From Candidatus Caldarchaeum sp. (GTDB taxonomy: Archaea > Thermoproteota > Nitrososphaeria_A > Caldarchaeales > Caldarchaeaceae), in NCBI GenBank assembly GCA_025054515.1, contig JANWZT010000001.1, positions 1 through 46,152 on the forward strand: DNA of 46,152 nucleotides, in the 5' to 3' direction. The notes below the pieces were generated by a model. That model saw only the letters and a program-made list of their open reading frames with translations, was not told where the DNA came from and did not search any database. Shown one piece after another: positions 27,324-35,470 of this stretch (position 1 is its first letter; each line of letters begins with the position of its first letter). Made by a program: the position numbers and the translations under genes.

Positions 27324-28159
27324 GGACGGGGTTGCTGGGGGTGATTGGCTATCCCGTCGGCCATTCGGTTTCGCCGGCGATGATGAACGCGGCCCTCGGA
27401 GAAGCGGGGATTCACGGCGTCCTCTACATAGCCGTGGAGGTTAAGCCGCGTGATTTGAAAAGCTTCGTCTCGTCGGCGCGTTACATGAACTTCATCGGCT
27501 TCAACGTAACGATTCCTCACAAGGTTTCCGTGATGCGGTTTCTCGACCGGTTGGACAAATCGGCGAAGGCCGTCGAGTCGGTGAACGTCGTCAAGCTCGT
27601 CGGCGAAAGGGCCGTCGGCTACAACACAGATGTCGCCGGTGTGGCCGCCTCCGTTCCCGAGCCCGATGAAGGACGGGCCGTGGTTTTGGGTGTTGGGGGT
27701 GCGGCGAGGGCCGCGGCCGTAGCGTTGTGGGGTAAGGGATATGATGACCTCGTGTTCGCGGGCCGTAGGGCTTCTTCGATGAATGAGTTTGATAGGTTTG
27801 CGAGGCGGAAAAACATCCGCATTCAGCTGGTTAGGTTTGGCTCCCGCGAGCTTTCCGAAGCAGTGAAGGAGGCGGAGCTTCTTGTCAACGCAACACCCGT
27901 CGGCATGTTCCCCAAAACAAATCAGTCACCCATCCCGTCTAACATCATCCACAGAGACCTCACCGTCTTCGACATGGTCTACAACCCCGTCCAAACCAAG
28001 CTCCTCAAAACAGCCAAAGCACGGGGAGCCAAAACCATCGGAGGACTCCGGATGCTCGTCAAACAAGGTTCCGAAGCGTTGAAAATCTGGCTCGGCATCG
28101 AAGCCAACGAGAAAACGATGGAAAAGGCGGCGTTGAAGGCGTTGGGGCGGAGACGTTGA
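27320..28159 (+). CDS. aroE: Shikimate 5-dehydrogenase
   Basis: GVIGYPVGHSVSPAMMN, GFNVTIPHK, GYNTD, VLGVGGAARA, NATPVGM and DMVYNP. TTGA overlap with aroD. Confidence 0.9.
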   Translation: MRTGLLGVIGYPVGHSVSPAMMNAALGEAGIHGVLYIAVEVKPRDLKSFVSSARYMNFIGFNVTIPHKVSVMRFLDRLDKSAKAVESVNVVKLVGERAVGYNTDVAGVAASVPEPDEGRAVVLGVGGAARAAAVALWGKGYDDLVFAGRRASSMNEFDRFARRKNIRIQLVRFGSRELSEAVKEAELLVNATPVGMFPKTNQSPIPSNIIHRDLTVFDMVYNPVQTKLLKTAKARGAKTIGGLRMLVKQGSEALKIWLGIEANEKTMEKAALKALGRRR

Positions 28160-29004
28160 AAGGCCGTGGAAAAGCAGGCGGAGCGGTTTCGATAGTCAAC
28201 GCCATATCGATAGGACGTGGCGCGGCCCTTGGAATCGGCCTCGAAACAACGGCGACGCTCCAAATCATCGACGAGCCCGTGTATACGTTGACGATAAACG
28301 GCGAACATGCCGAGCCGGTCCTCGCCAAAGCGGTCGTCGAAACCTTTTCACGTCAAACGGGTGTCGAAGCCTTGGGTGCGCGGGTGGAAACCGTGTCGAA
28401 CATCCCCGTCGCCGTCGGTTTGAAGAGCTCCAGCTCAGCGGCCGTAGCTATAGCGAAGGCCTTCCTCGACGCCGTGGGAAAAACCATGCCAACGGAGGAA
28501 CTGCTGAAAAACGTTGCAGACGCTTCCGTCGCCTCGGGAACTTCCATAACCGGTGCGATGGACGACGCCGCCGCGTGCATGCTGGGCGGAGCGGTGGTAA
28601 CCGACAACATCAAACGGAAAATCCTACGGCGGCAAAAAATCGCGGAGAAGCTCGAAGCCATCGTCTACGTGCCCCACGGCAGAACATACACGTCGCAGTT
28701 CAGAAAAGAACTTTTGACACCGGTCAAATTCGTCGTCGAAACAGCTTTCAACCTCGCCCTCAACGGCCAATACTGGACGGCCATGACCATCAACGGCTTA
28801 GCCCATTCCGCCGCGCTCGGCCTTCCCACACAGCCCACGATCAAAGCCCTCGAAGCAGGAGCGTTGGCGGCTGGTTTGTCGGGCACGGGCCCGGCGGTAG
28901 CGGCCGTAGCCCATGAAGAGAAGGCGGACAAAGTGGCCGAGGCCTTGCAACTTTACGAAGGCAAAGTTATCAGGTGCTCCGTCAACAGAGGCGACGGCAG
29001 TTGA
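28156..29004 (+). CDS. aroK: Shikimate kinase, archaeal GHMP-kinase type
   Basis: GHMP motif PVAVGLKSSSSAAVAIA and LSGTGPAVAAV. TTGA overlap with aroE. Confidence 0.85.
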   Translation: MKGRGKAGGAVSIVNAISIGRGAALGIGLETTATLQIIDEPVYTLTINGEHAEPVLAKAVVETFSRQTGVEALGARVETVSNIPVAVGLKSSSSAAVAIAKAFLDAVGKTMPTEELLKNVADASVASGTSITGAMDDAAACMLGGAVVTDNIKRKILRRQKIAEKLEAIVYVPHGRTYTSQFRKELLTPVKFVVETAFNLALNGQYWTAMTINGLAHSAALGLPTQPTIKALEAGALAAGLSGTGPAVAAVAHEEKADKVAEALQLYEGKVIRCSVNRGDGS

Positions 29005-30287
29005 AAACAGCTTTGGTCAGTTGTTCGAAGGTCGAGGGCGCTGTCGAAGCACCGCCCAGCAAAAGCTACACACACAGGGCCTTCGCCATAGCAACCCTCA
29101 CATCCGAAAAAACCACCATCCACAACCCACTCATTTCCCGCGACACCATCGCAACAATCACCGCGTCACAGATGCTGGGCGCAACGATAAGAGAGAAAGG
29201 TGGCGTTTACGAAGTTGTGGGCCTGCATAGATTCCGCACACCCGACAACGTCATCGACGTAATGAACTCCGGCACAACGCTCCGGCTCTACACAGGCCTT
29301 TCAACGCTGGTGGAAAAAGGGTACACGGTTTTGACCGGCGACGAAAGCATCCGCAGACGCCCCATGGCCGCCCTACTCCAATCCCTCAACGAAATAGGAG
29401 CCGAATGCTGGTCGACGAAACAGAACGGAGCCGCACCCGTCGTCGTGAAAGGAGGAAACAGAATAGGAGGCGCCACCACAATCAAAGGCACCGAATCATC
29501 CCAGTATGTTTCATCCCTGCTGGTCACGGGCCTCAACGCCCACGACCAAATCACCGTCCACGTAAAAGACGAACTCGTTTCAAAACCCTACGTTGAAGCA
29601 ACCATCCAAATGGTCAAGCTCTTCGGCGGCCAAATCGATAGAAAAGGGTTTGAAATTTTCCGCACATGGCCTCAAACCCTTCACGGAATCGATTTCACGG
29701 TGCCCGGCGACTTTAGCTCAGCGGCTTTCATCGCCGCCGCTGCCCATCTCACCCAAGGCCGTGTCATCGTCAAAAACGTGTCGGAAACGCTTCCGCAGGC
29801 CGACTCGAAGATAGTCGAGATAGTCAAGCGTTACGGCTCAGACGCTTATTTTACTGATGATGGGTTGGTCATCGAAGGTGGACGCAGGCATGTGGACGCC
29901 GACGTTGTTTTGACAGATTCTCCCGACCTTCTGCCCGTGACAGCGGCCATCGCGGCTGTCAACGACGGCGTAACACGAATACGCGGGGTTGCTCACGCCC
30001 GTCTCAAGGAAAGCGACCGCATCTCGACCGTGGCCTCGGAAATCAGAAAGCTGAACATCGAAGTCGAAGAACACGACGACGGCCTCACCATACACGGCTC
30101 GTCCAAAACAGCCGGCGGCGTAGCGGTCGATACCTACGGCGACCACCGGCTTTTCATGGCCTTCACGGTCTTGGGCCTCGCCCTTGAAAAAGGCCTCGCC
30201 GTGAAAGGAGCGGAATCGGCGGATGTTTCCTACCCCGGGTTCTTGACCGACCTCAAAGCACTCGGCGCCAAAATCACCGTCATCTGA
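29001..30287 (+). CDS. aroA: 3-phosphoshikimate 1-carboxyvinyltransferase (EPSP synthase)
   Basis: APPSKSYTHRA, NSGTTLRL, LTGDESIRRRPM, LKESDR and GDHRL motifs. The start is set at TTG 29001, which forms a TTGA overlap with the aroK stop; the track start 28974 is also possible. Confidence 0.93.
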   Translation: MKTALVSCSKVEGAVEAPPSKSYTHRAFAIATLTSEKTTIHNPLISRDTIATITASQMLGATIREKGGVYEVVGLHRFRTPDNVIDVMNSGTTLRLYTGLSTLVEKGYTVLTGDESIRRRPMAALLQSLNEIGAECWSTKQNGAAPVVVKGGNRIGGATTIKGTESSQYVSSLLVTGLNAHDQITVHVKDELVSKPYVEATIQMVKLFGGQIDRKGFEIFRTWPQTLHGIDFTVPGDFSSAAFIAAAAHLTQGRVIVKNVSETLPQADSKIVEIVKRYGSDAYFTDDGLVIEGGRRHVDADVVLTDSPDLLPVTAAIAAVNDGVTRIRGVAHARLKESDRISTVASEIRKLNIEVEEHDDGLTIHGSSKTAGGVAVDTYGDHRLFMAFTVLGLALEKGLAVKGAESADVSYPGFLTDLKALGAKITVI

Positions 30288-30294
30288 ACACATG

Positions 30295-30300
30295 TTTTTT
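30295..30300 (+). terminator. Oligo-T run after the aro operon (archaeal-style terminator candidate)
   Basis: TTTTTT lies 8 nt after the aroA stop codon. Confidence 0.4.
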
Positions 30301-30328
30301 ACCTTCCAGACGCGTCTGTTCCTCCGGG

Positions 30329-30559
30329 ATGAGAATCAGGCTGTCGCGTCAAGCACGTTACATGATAGAGTCGACGATTCTCGCCCTGCTCTACACGGTT
30401 GTCCCCGTCGTCTTTCTGTACGCTCTGCAGGCCTTCCGCCTGACGACCCCGCCTTTTCTCATCATCTGGCTGGTAGCTACACTCGGCTGGACCGCGTTGA
30501 TAACCTACGTCTACGTCAAGAAAATTTCAAAACACGGCGGATTCACGTTTAGGGAATAA
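30329..30559 (+). CDS. Small two-TM membrane protein, unknown function
   Basis: 76 aa with two clear hydrophobic helices (ILALLYTVVPVVFLYAL; FLIIWLVATLGWTALITYVYV). Preferred over the overlapping ORF 30292..30552. Confidence 0.5.
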   Translation: MRIRLSRQARYMIESTILALLYTVVPVVFLYALQAFRLTTPPFLIIWLVATLGWTALITYVYVKKISKHGGFTFRE

Positions 30560-30594
30560 CTTTTTCAATAACCCCGGCTCAAACAAAAAATAGC

Positions 30595-31077
30595 ATGGCG
30601 ACCTCTTTCGCCGTAAGCTTCGAAAACCGCATCCGACGCGATAGAACCATCTTCATCCTGAAGCTGGAATTTCTCATCATCTTCACGTCGGCTTTTGTGG
30701 TTCTTTCAATCACGAACCAGCATATTCTGCTCAAAACCGTCTTCGCCGGACTTGCTTCAGCGACATTCTTCATCCTCCTGAAAGACCGTCTGCAGAGAGC
30801 GGGACGGAGGCTGCGGAGGGCCGTCGTCCGTTCCGTCAGATACGCCGGCCCCGACTGGTTTTTCTTCCTGCCGGTGAACCAGCCGTTTTCGCTAAATCCC
30901 GCTGGATACGAAATCGAGGCCGTTTCGGAGGATTTTCGGCTTATCCGGTTTCTGGACTGGAAGCCGTGGAAAATTGGTCAGCAGCTGCTGGTCCTGTCGG
31001 ACGTTAGCGGGAAGGTTTTGGCTGTGAGGGATATAAGGCAGCCCTTGAAGCTTGAGTTGCTGAAAAATCTGGCTTGA
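30595..31077 (+). CDS. Two-TM membrane protein with C-terminal soluble domain, unknown function
   Basis: 160 aa with two N-terminal helices, an Arg-rich linker (RLQRAGRRLRRAVVR), and then a beta-rich domain of about 90 aa. Confidence 0.55.
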   Translation: MATSFAVSFENRIRRDRTIFILKLEFLIIFTSAFVVLSITNQHILLKTVFAGLASATFFILLKDRLQRAGRRLRRAVVRSVRYAGPDWFFFLPVNQPFSLNPAGYEIEAVSEDFRLIRFLDWKPWKIGQQLLVLSDVSGKVLAVRDIRQPLKLELLKNLA

Positions 31078-31146
31078 GAGCATGAAAGGTTTTTACGGAG
31101 ACTATATAGGTAAAAGCTTTGAATCCGTTAACTATAGAGAGAGGTC

Positions 31147-31884
31147 ATGCGGATGAAAAGCACCTTTGAAATCGTGTTGATAGCCGTCAACGCCGGCCTC
31201 TACGCCGGAGTCGGATATCTCACTTTTCTCGGAATTTTCGCGCCCGTCGTCGGAACGGTGCGGTTCTGGCCCGCCGTCGTCGTCCCAGCCGTATTCGCCG
31301 TCGTCTATTCACCACGCATCGGTGCCCTCGGAGCAGGTCTGGGAATATTCATCAGCGACATGCTCATCCACGGCGACCCCATCCTAAGCATCACCGTCGG
31401 CGTAACATCCAACATAGCGGGATTCTACATCATCGGCGTCCTTGCACGCAAATTCGCCGGACAACATAAGCTGTCGCCGCTGCCCGTCCTCCTCCAAGCC
31501 GTACCACTCGCCATCGCCGTGACCGCGTCATGGGTCAACATCTTCGGAGACTTCTGGACATCAGCCATCTTCATCGCAGCCGCAGCCCTTTCCCTTGGCC
31601 TCAGCATCGCCTACAGCCTCTACAGACCAGCGTATTCAGGACTCGTGGCAGCGTCATCGCTCGGACTGCTCGTCGGCGCAGCGATAATAGGCCTCGGCGT
31701 ATGGGCCTACAGCCAGTATTTCTCGCTTCCCGCCGTCGCAGGAGGGGGACAAGGCCTTCCGCTTTTCGCCGCCGCCATCTGGTTCCTCTGGACATACCTC
31801 ACCGAAATACCGTTTTTGATGATTCTTCTTCCTCCTCTGGTGGCTGCTGTCAGGAAAGCGGTGCCCACTATGGTGCGCCAGTAA
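31147..31884 (+). CDS. Polytopic membrane protein, ECF-transporter S-component-like
   Basis: 245 aa with 6 or more helices. VRFWPAVVVPAVFAVVYSPRIGALGAGLGIFISDML resembles vitamin S components (weak recall-based call). Confidence 0.6.
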   Translation: MRMKSTFEIVLIAVNAGLYAGVGYLTFLGIFAPVVGTVRFWPAVVVPAVFAVVYSPRIGALGAGLGIFISDMLIHGDPILSITVGVTSNIAGFYIIGVLARKFAGQHKLSPLPVLLQAVPLAIAVTASWVNIFGDFWTSAIFIAAAALSLGLSIAYSLYRPAYSGLVAASSLGLLVGAAIIGLGVWAYSQYFSLPAVAGGGQGLPLFAAAIWFLWTYLTEIPFLMILLPPLVAAVRKAVPTMVRQ

Positions 31885-32801
31885 TGCGTAAAGCCGTCTT
31901 CAAATCGCCCACACCCCTTTCCAGCATCTTTTCCCCCAAAGTGCTCGAAAACGGCCGTCTACGGGAAAACCCCGACCTGATTGGGGCCCTCGGGGGCGGC
32001 TTCTCTTTTTTTCCCGGCGTCGAAACAATAGTCGAAATCGGCGACGGCCGCGGCAGCAGGTTCGTGGTGAACGGTGAAGTAGCTTCTTTCCCGCCTTCTC
32101 AAAAGGCTTTGGAGATTGTCCGTGGTTTGACGGGGTTTGAAGGATTCGTTTCGGTCGAGCATGTGATGCATGTGCCTATTGCAACGGGTTTTGGAACAAG
32201 TGCGGCGGCCGCGCTCGGAGTTATCATGAGCGTCTCATACCTTGTTGGAAAGCCTCTGACCCTCCGCGAAGCCCTCAAACACACCCACCGCGTTGAAATC
32301 GCCTGCAAAACCGGGTTGAACAGCGAAGCCGGCCTCGGAAGAACAGGACTCGTCCTCGTACTCCGGGAAGGATCTCCCCAGAACGCGGTCGTCGACGAAA
32401 TCCCACTTCCCTCCGGCGTCAAAATTGTCTCCGTCGTCGTCGACCAAATCAGTACACCAGAGGCCATCGCATCGGTCGAAAGACTGCACCAGCTCGAACA
32501 AATCGGCGACCTGTACATCGACAAAATTCTGAAGAACCCGACGCCGGAAAACTTCCTCGCCCAGTCAAGGGCCTTCGCCGAAAAAGCCGAATTCACAGAC
32601 CCCACAATCCAGCAGATATTCGCGGTTTTGGAAAAATTACCGACCATCGGATACGCCCAAAACATGGTGGGAAAAGCCGTCCACGCCCTCGTACACCGTG
32701 AAGACCTCCATAAAGTGCTTGAAACGCTGGAGAAAAAGCTGCCGCAGCACAGAATACTCGTCGGCGAAACCGGCTCATCCATCGTCCTCAACAGAACGTA
32801 A
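31884..32801 (+). CDS. GHMP-family kinase, likely pantoate kinase (archaeal CoA pathway)
   Basis: PIATGFGTSAAAALG (GHMP motif II). KTGLNSEAGLGRTGLVLVLREG and NPTPENFLAQSRAFAEKAEF parallel the recollected TK2141-type pantoate kinase. ATG 31884 overlaps the upstream stop (TAATG), and the track ORF start 31530 is an out-of-gene extension. Confidence 0.7.
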   Translation: MRKAVFKSPTPLSSIFSPKVLENGRLRENPDLIGALGGGFSFFPGVETIVEIGDGRGSRFVVNGEVASFPPSQKALEIVRGLTGFEGFVSVEHVMHVPIATGFGTSAAAALGVIMSVSYLVGKPLTLREALKHTHRVEIACKTGLNSEAGLGRTGLVLVLREGSPQNAVVDEIPLPSGVKIVSVVVDQISTPEAIASVERLHQLEQIGDLYIDKILKNPTPENFLAQSRAFAEKAEFTDPTIQQIFAVLEKLPTIGYAQNMVGKAVHALVHREDLHKVLETLEKKLPQHRILVGETGSSIVLNRT

Positions 32802-32834
32802 ACCTCTTATCAACCCGACAGGAAGCTCTACGGC

Positions 32835-33203
32835 GTGATCAGCTACCGGCGGGCTGTCGACATCGAGGAACGCGTGAAGGCCATAGTGGCGAAGACGGGG
32901 TTGGGCTACCTGGATGTTGAAAGGATAAGGTGTGTAAGAAGCTATGGCTCTGCATCGAGCAATACGGCGGCGCGAATCCATTCGGTTTCGAAGGCCTTTC
33001 TCACCGGGTTCGGAATGAAGCCTGCCTACGTCATCGAGTTCATCGCCGAAATCTTCGACAAGCTTCCGGCCGAATCACAGGACGAAATCATCATCCACGA
33101 ACTTCTTCACATCCCAAAATCCTTCACCGGAGGCCTTCTCCCCCACGGCAGAGTAGACTTTAGAAGGGAGACCAAAACCCTCAAGAAAATGCTGAAAACA
33201 TAA
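32835..33203 (+). CDS. Predicted zinc metallopeptidase (HExxH)
   Basis: 122 aa carrying IIIHELLHIPKSFTGG. This is a small archaeal predicted-metallopeptidase layout. Confidence 0.7.
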   Translation: MISYRRAVDIEERVKAIVAKTGLGYLDVERIRCVRSYGSASSNTAARIHSVSKAFLTGFGMKPAYVIEFIAEIFDKLPAESQDEIIIHELLHIPKSFTGGLLPHGRVDFRRETKTLKKMLKT

Positions 33204-33246
33204 CCGTGGAAACCTTTTAACCCAGACCCTCGTCATCCATCACGTA

Positions 33247-33612
33247 ATGTCTTCGGACGCCGACTACATCAGACGGATGTCCGACGCACTTCGGTCGGGC
33301 GCCAAAATGCTCTCCGAAGTCTGCCCCGTGTGCAACAGCCCATTATTCGAAGTGAAAGGGGAGCTACGATGCATCCGATGCGATAAGCCCGTGGTGAAAG
33401 TCCGTGAAGAATCGGAAATCCTATCGGCGTCGACGCCTCTCGTATTAACCCAGCTGGAAAACGCGATATCCGCCAAAATCGACGTCCTGACCCATCTGCT
33501 TCACCAGACAGCCGACCCCGAAGAAATCCGCCAAATATCCGACACCATATCAAGCCTCGTCAAACTCTTTCACGAAAGCCGCCGCCTCAGTGAACTCCTT
33601 CGCAAAACCTAA
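33247..33612 (+). CDS. Zn-ribbon protein, UPF0148 / autoantigen-p27-like family
   Basis: RSGAKMLSEVCPVCNSPLFEVKGELRCIRCDKPV (CPxC...CxxC) followed by a helical tail. Confidence 0.7.
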   Translation: MSSDADYIRRMSDALRSGAKMLSEVCPVCNSPLFEVKGELRCIRCDKPVVKVREESEILSASTPLVLTQLENAISAKIDVLTHLLHQTADPEEIRQISDTISSLVKLFHESRRLSELLRKT

Positions 33613-33887
33613 CGACAGAACACATACCCGAGAAATCTTCCAAACCATAATTATGTAGTCGCCCGGTAATATCTTGGAATTACTGTGAAAAAAGACTATC
33701 CTCTCTTGGCCATCTTCAACAACCAGTTTTTGAAGAGACGTAGACGTTAACCTACGGTGTTGGTCAATTTTTAATCAGAATTGACTGTTTGAGCAAAGTG
33801 TTGGGCTGCGGCCTCGGAAATATGGTCGTTTCACATGTGGTTGACGATGGTTTGAAGGGTGTTTTTCATGAAAAAAGTGTTTTGCGG

Positions 33888-33910
33888 TTTCCATAGGAAA
33901 TGATGGGGTT
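33888..33910 (+). promoter_or_regulatory. ORB-like element 1 (candidate Orc1/Cdc6 binding site)
   Basis: TTTCCATAGGAAATGATGGGGTT: the dyad TTCCA-N2-GGAA followed by a G-run. Confidence 0.6.
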
Positions 33911-34055
33911 AGTGAGGGCGGCGACATGTGAAGCGGGCGGATTAACCTGCCGCGGTATTTTTGGCGTAAGCTTTCCCGTTGTTGGCGCTTTTTCGAATAT
34001 TGTGAAGGAGCCTGTGAAGGTCTGTTGGCTATGGGATGTGGCGTGGCCTGGCGCC

Positions 34056-34078
34056 GACCCCTACATTTCCGATGGAAA
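34056..34078 (-). promoter_or_regulatory. ORB-like element 2 (inverted copy)
   Basis: Read on the minus strand it is TTTCCATCGGAAATGTAGGGGTC, identical to element 1 at 19 of 23 positions. Confidence 0.6.
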
Positions 34079-34180
34079 GCACTCGTTCATGCTCATGAGA
34101 ACTAATCCATTTGTTTAGAAAGAAGTATGAAGTTGGAGATACAAAATCTTGGAGTTTTCTCTCTATAAAACTTAGCCGCA

Positions 34181-35470
34181 ATGATCAAGTGGAGAATAAT
34201 GGTAAAAACAAACAACTACTACCATCACGATGAGATAACTGTTCTTTACCGGAAAGAGACGGGTGGAGAAGACCCTCTCGAAGAAATAATACGCAGACAC
34301 TCCCAAAACATTAACCCCATCATCATCAAACACGATCTTCTCCGCTCCGAATACGTGCCATCATTTCTACCACATAGGGCGCAGCATATCAAAGCCGTGG
34401 GAAACGTTTTGGCAACCGTCTTGAAGGCCGTCAAACCTTCAAACCTGTTCCTATACGGAAAAACCGGCACGGGAAAAACAGCCGTCTGCCGGCACGTTTT
34501 CAACCGCCTCTCCGAAGCAGTCTCTGAGAAAGGCCTCAACGTGAAATTTGTGTATGTGAACTGCCGTCTGGCCGGAACCGAATACAGGGTTTTGGCCGAG
34601 CTATGTGCCGCCGCAGGAGTCAACGTCCCGTTTACTGGCGTTTCGAAGGGAGAACTTTTCCGGCGATTCCAGTCAAATGCGTCGCGTTCTAACACGTCTT
34701 TCGTGATCTGCTTCGACGAAGTTGATGCTTTGGTCAAGGATTTTGGCGACGACCTTCTCTACGAGCTGACCCGTTCGGGCCTCGGGAATGGATGGGTTTC
34801 CCTGGTGGGGATTTCAAACGACCTGTTGTTCAAGGACATGTTGGACCCGAGGGTTTTAAGCAGTTTGAGCGAAGAAGAGGTTGTCTTCCAGCCCTACACG
34901 GCGACGGAGCTTTCGGACATTCTCTGGAACAGGGCCGAAGCGGCTCTAAGGCCGGGAAGCGTCGGCGACGACGTCATCAAATTGTGCGCCGCTTTAGCAG
35001 CCGCTGAGCACGGCGACGCCCGTAGAGCATTAGACCTGCTACGCGTCTCCGCGGAAGTGGCCGAACGAGAAGGCGCTGAAAAAATCGAAGAACATCACGT
35101 AAGAACCGCTCAAGGCCTCATCGAAAGAGGCCGAGTCAAAGAAGTGATCTCCTCCCTGCCTCTGCACAGCCGCATCGTCCTCCTCGCCATCTATGTATCG
35201 TCGAAGAAAGGCCTTGAAACCACTTCAGGCACGATCTACAACATTTACCGCGAATTCTGCGCAACACTCGGTGTGGAACCGTTGACCGACCGGAGGGTGA
35301 GCACACTTGTCTCCGAGCTCGACATGCTCGGGATAATAGCCTGCGACCTCGTCAGCTACGGAAGGCACGGCCGGACGCGGCGAATCAAGCCAACCATCGC
35401 ATTCGACGAAGTCGCGGAAATCCTCGGCAAAGACGACACCCTGTCAGGTTTTCTCGACGACCTTTCGTGA
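34181..35470 (+). CDS. cdc6: Orc1/Cdc6 replication initiator (AAA+ with C-terminal winged helix)
   Basis: Walker A LFLYGKTGTGKTAV, Walker B FVICFDEVDAL, SLVGISND, and GDARRALDLLRVSAE (sensor 2). An alternative start is ATG 34199. Confidence 0.95.
   Translation: MIKWRIMVKTNNYYHHDEITVLYRKETGGEDPLEEIIRRHSQNINPIIIKHDLLRSEYVPSFLPHRAQHIKAVGNVLATVLKAVKPSNLFLYGKTGTGKTAVCRHVFNRLSEAVSEKGLNVKFVYVNCRLAGTEYRVLAELCAAAGVNVPFTGVSKGELFRRFQSNASRSNTSFVICFDEVDALVKDFGDDLLYELTRSGLGNGWVSLVGISNDLLFKDMLDPRVLSSLSEEEVVFQPYTATELSDILWNRAEAALRPGSVGDDVIKLCAALAAAEHGDARRALDLLRVSAEVAEREGAEKIEEHHVRTAQGLIERGRVKEVISSLPLHSRIVLLAIYVSSKKGLETTSGTIYNIYREFCATLGVEPLTDRRVSTLVSELDMLGIIACDLVSYGRHGRTRRIKPTIAFDEVAEILGKDDTLSGFLDDLS

Larger units (their letters stand above)
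33613..34180. other. Putative chromosomal replication origin (oriC) upstream of orc1/cdc6
   Basis: This is the largest non-coding gap in the window. It holds two inverted ORB-like elements plus AT-rich tracts and an AT-rich inverted repeat at 33763-33785. Confidence 0.6.

Noticed and set aside
33900-34118. A 72-aa + strand ORF in the gap upstream of orc1/cdc6.
   Set aside because: It lies between and over the two ORB-like boxes of the putative origin, has no protein-like features and no upstream promoter-like element. It is most likely non-coding.
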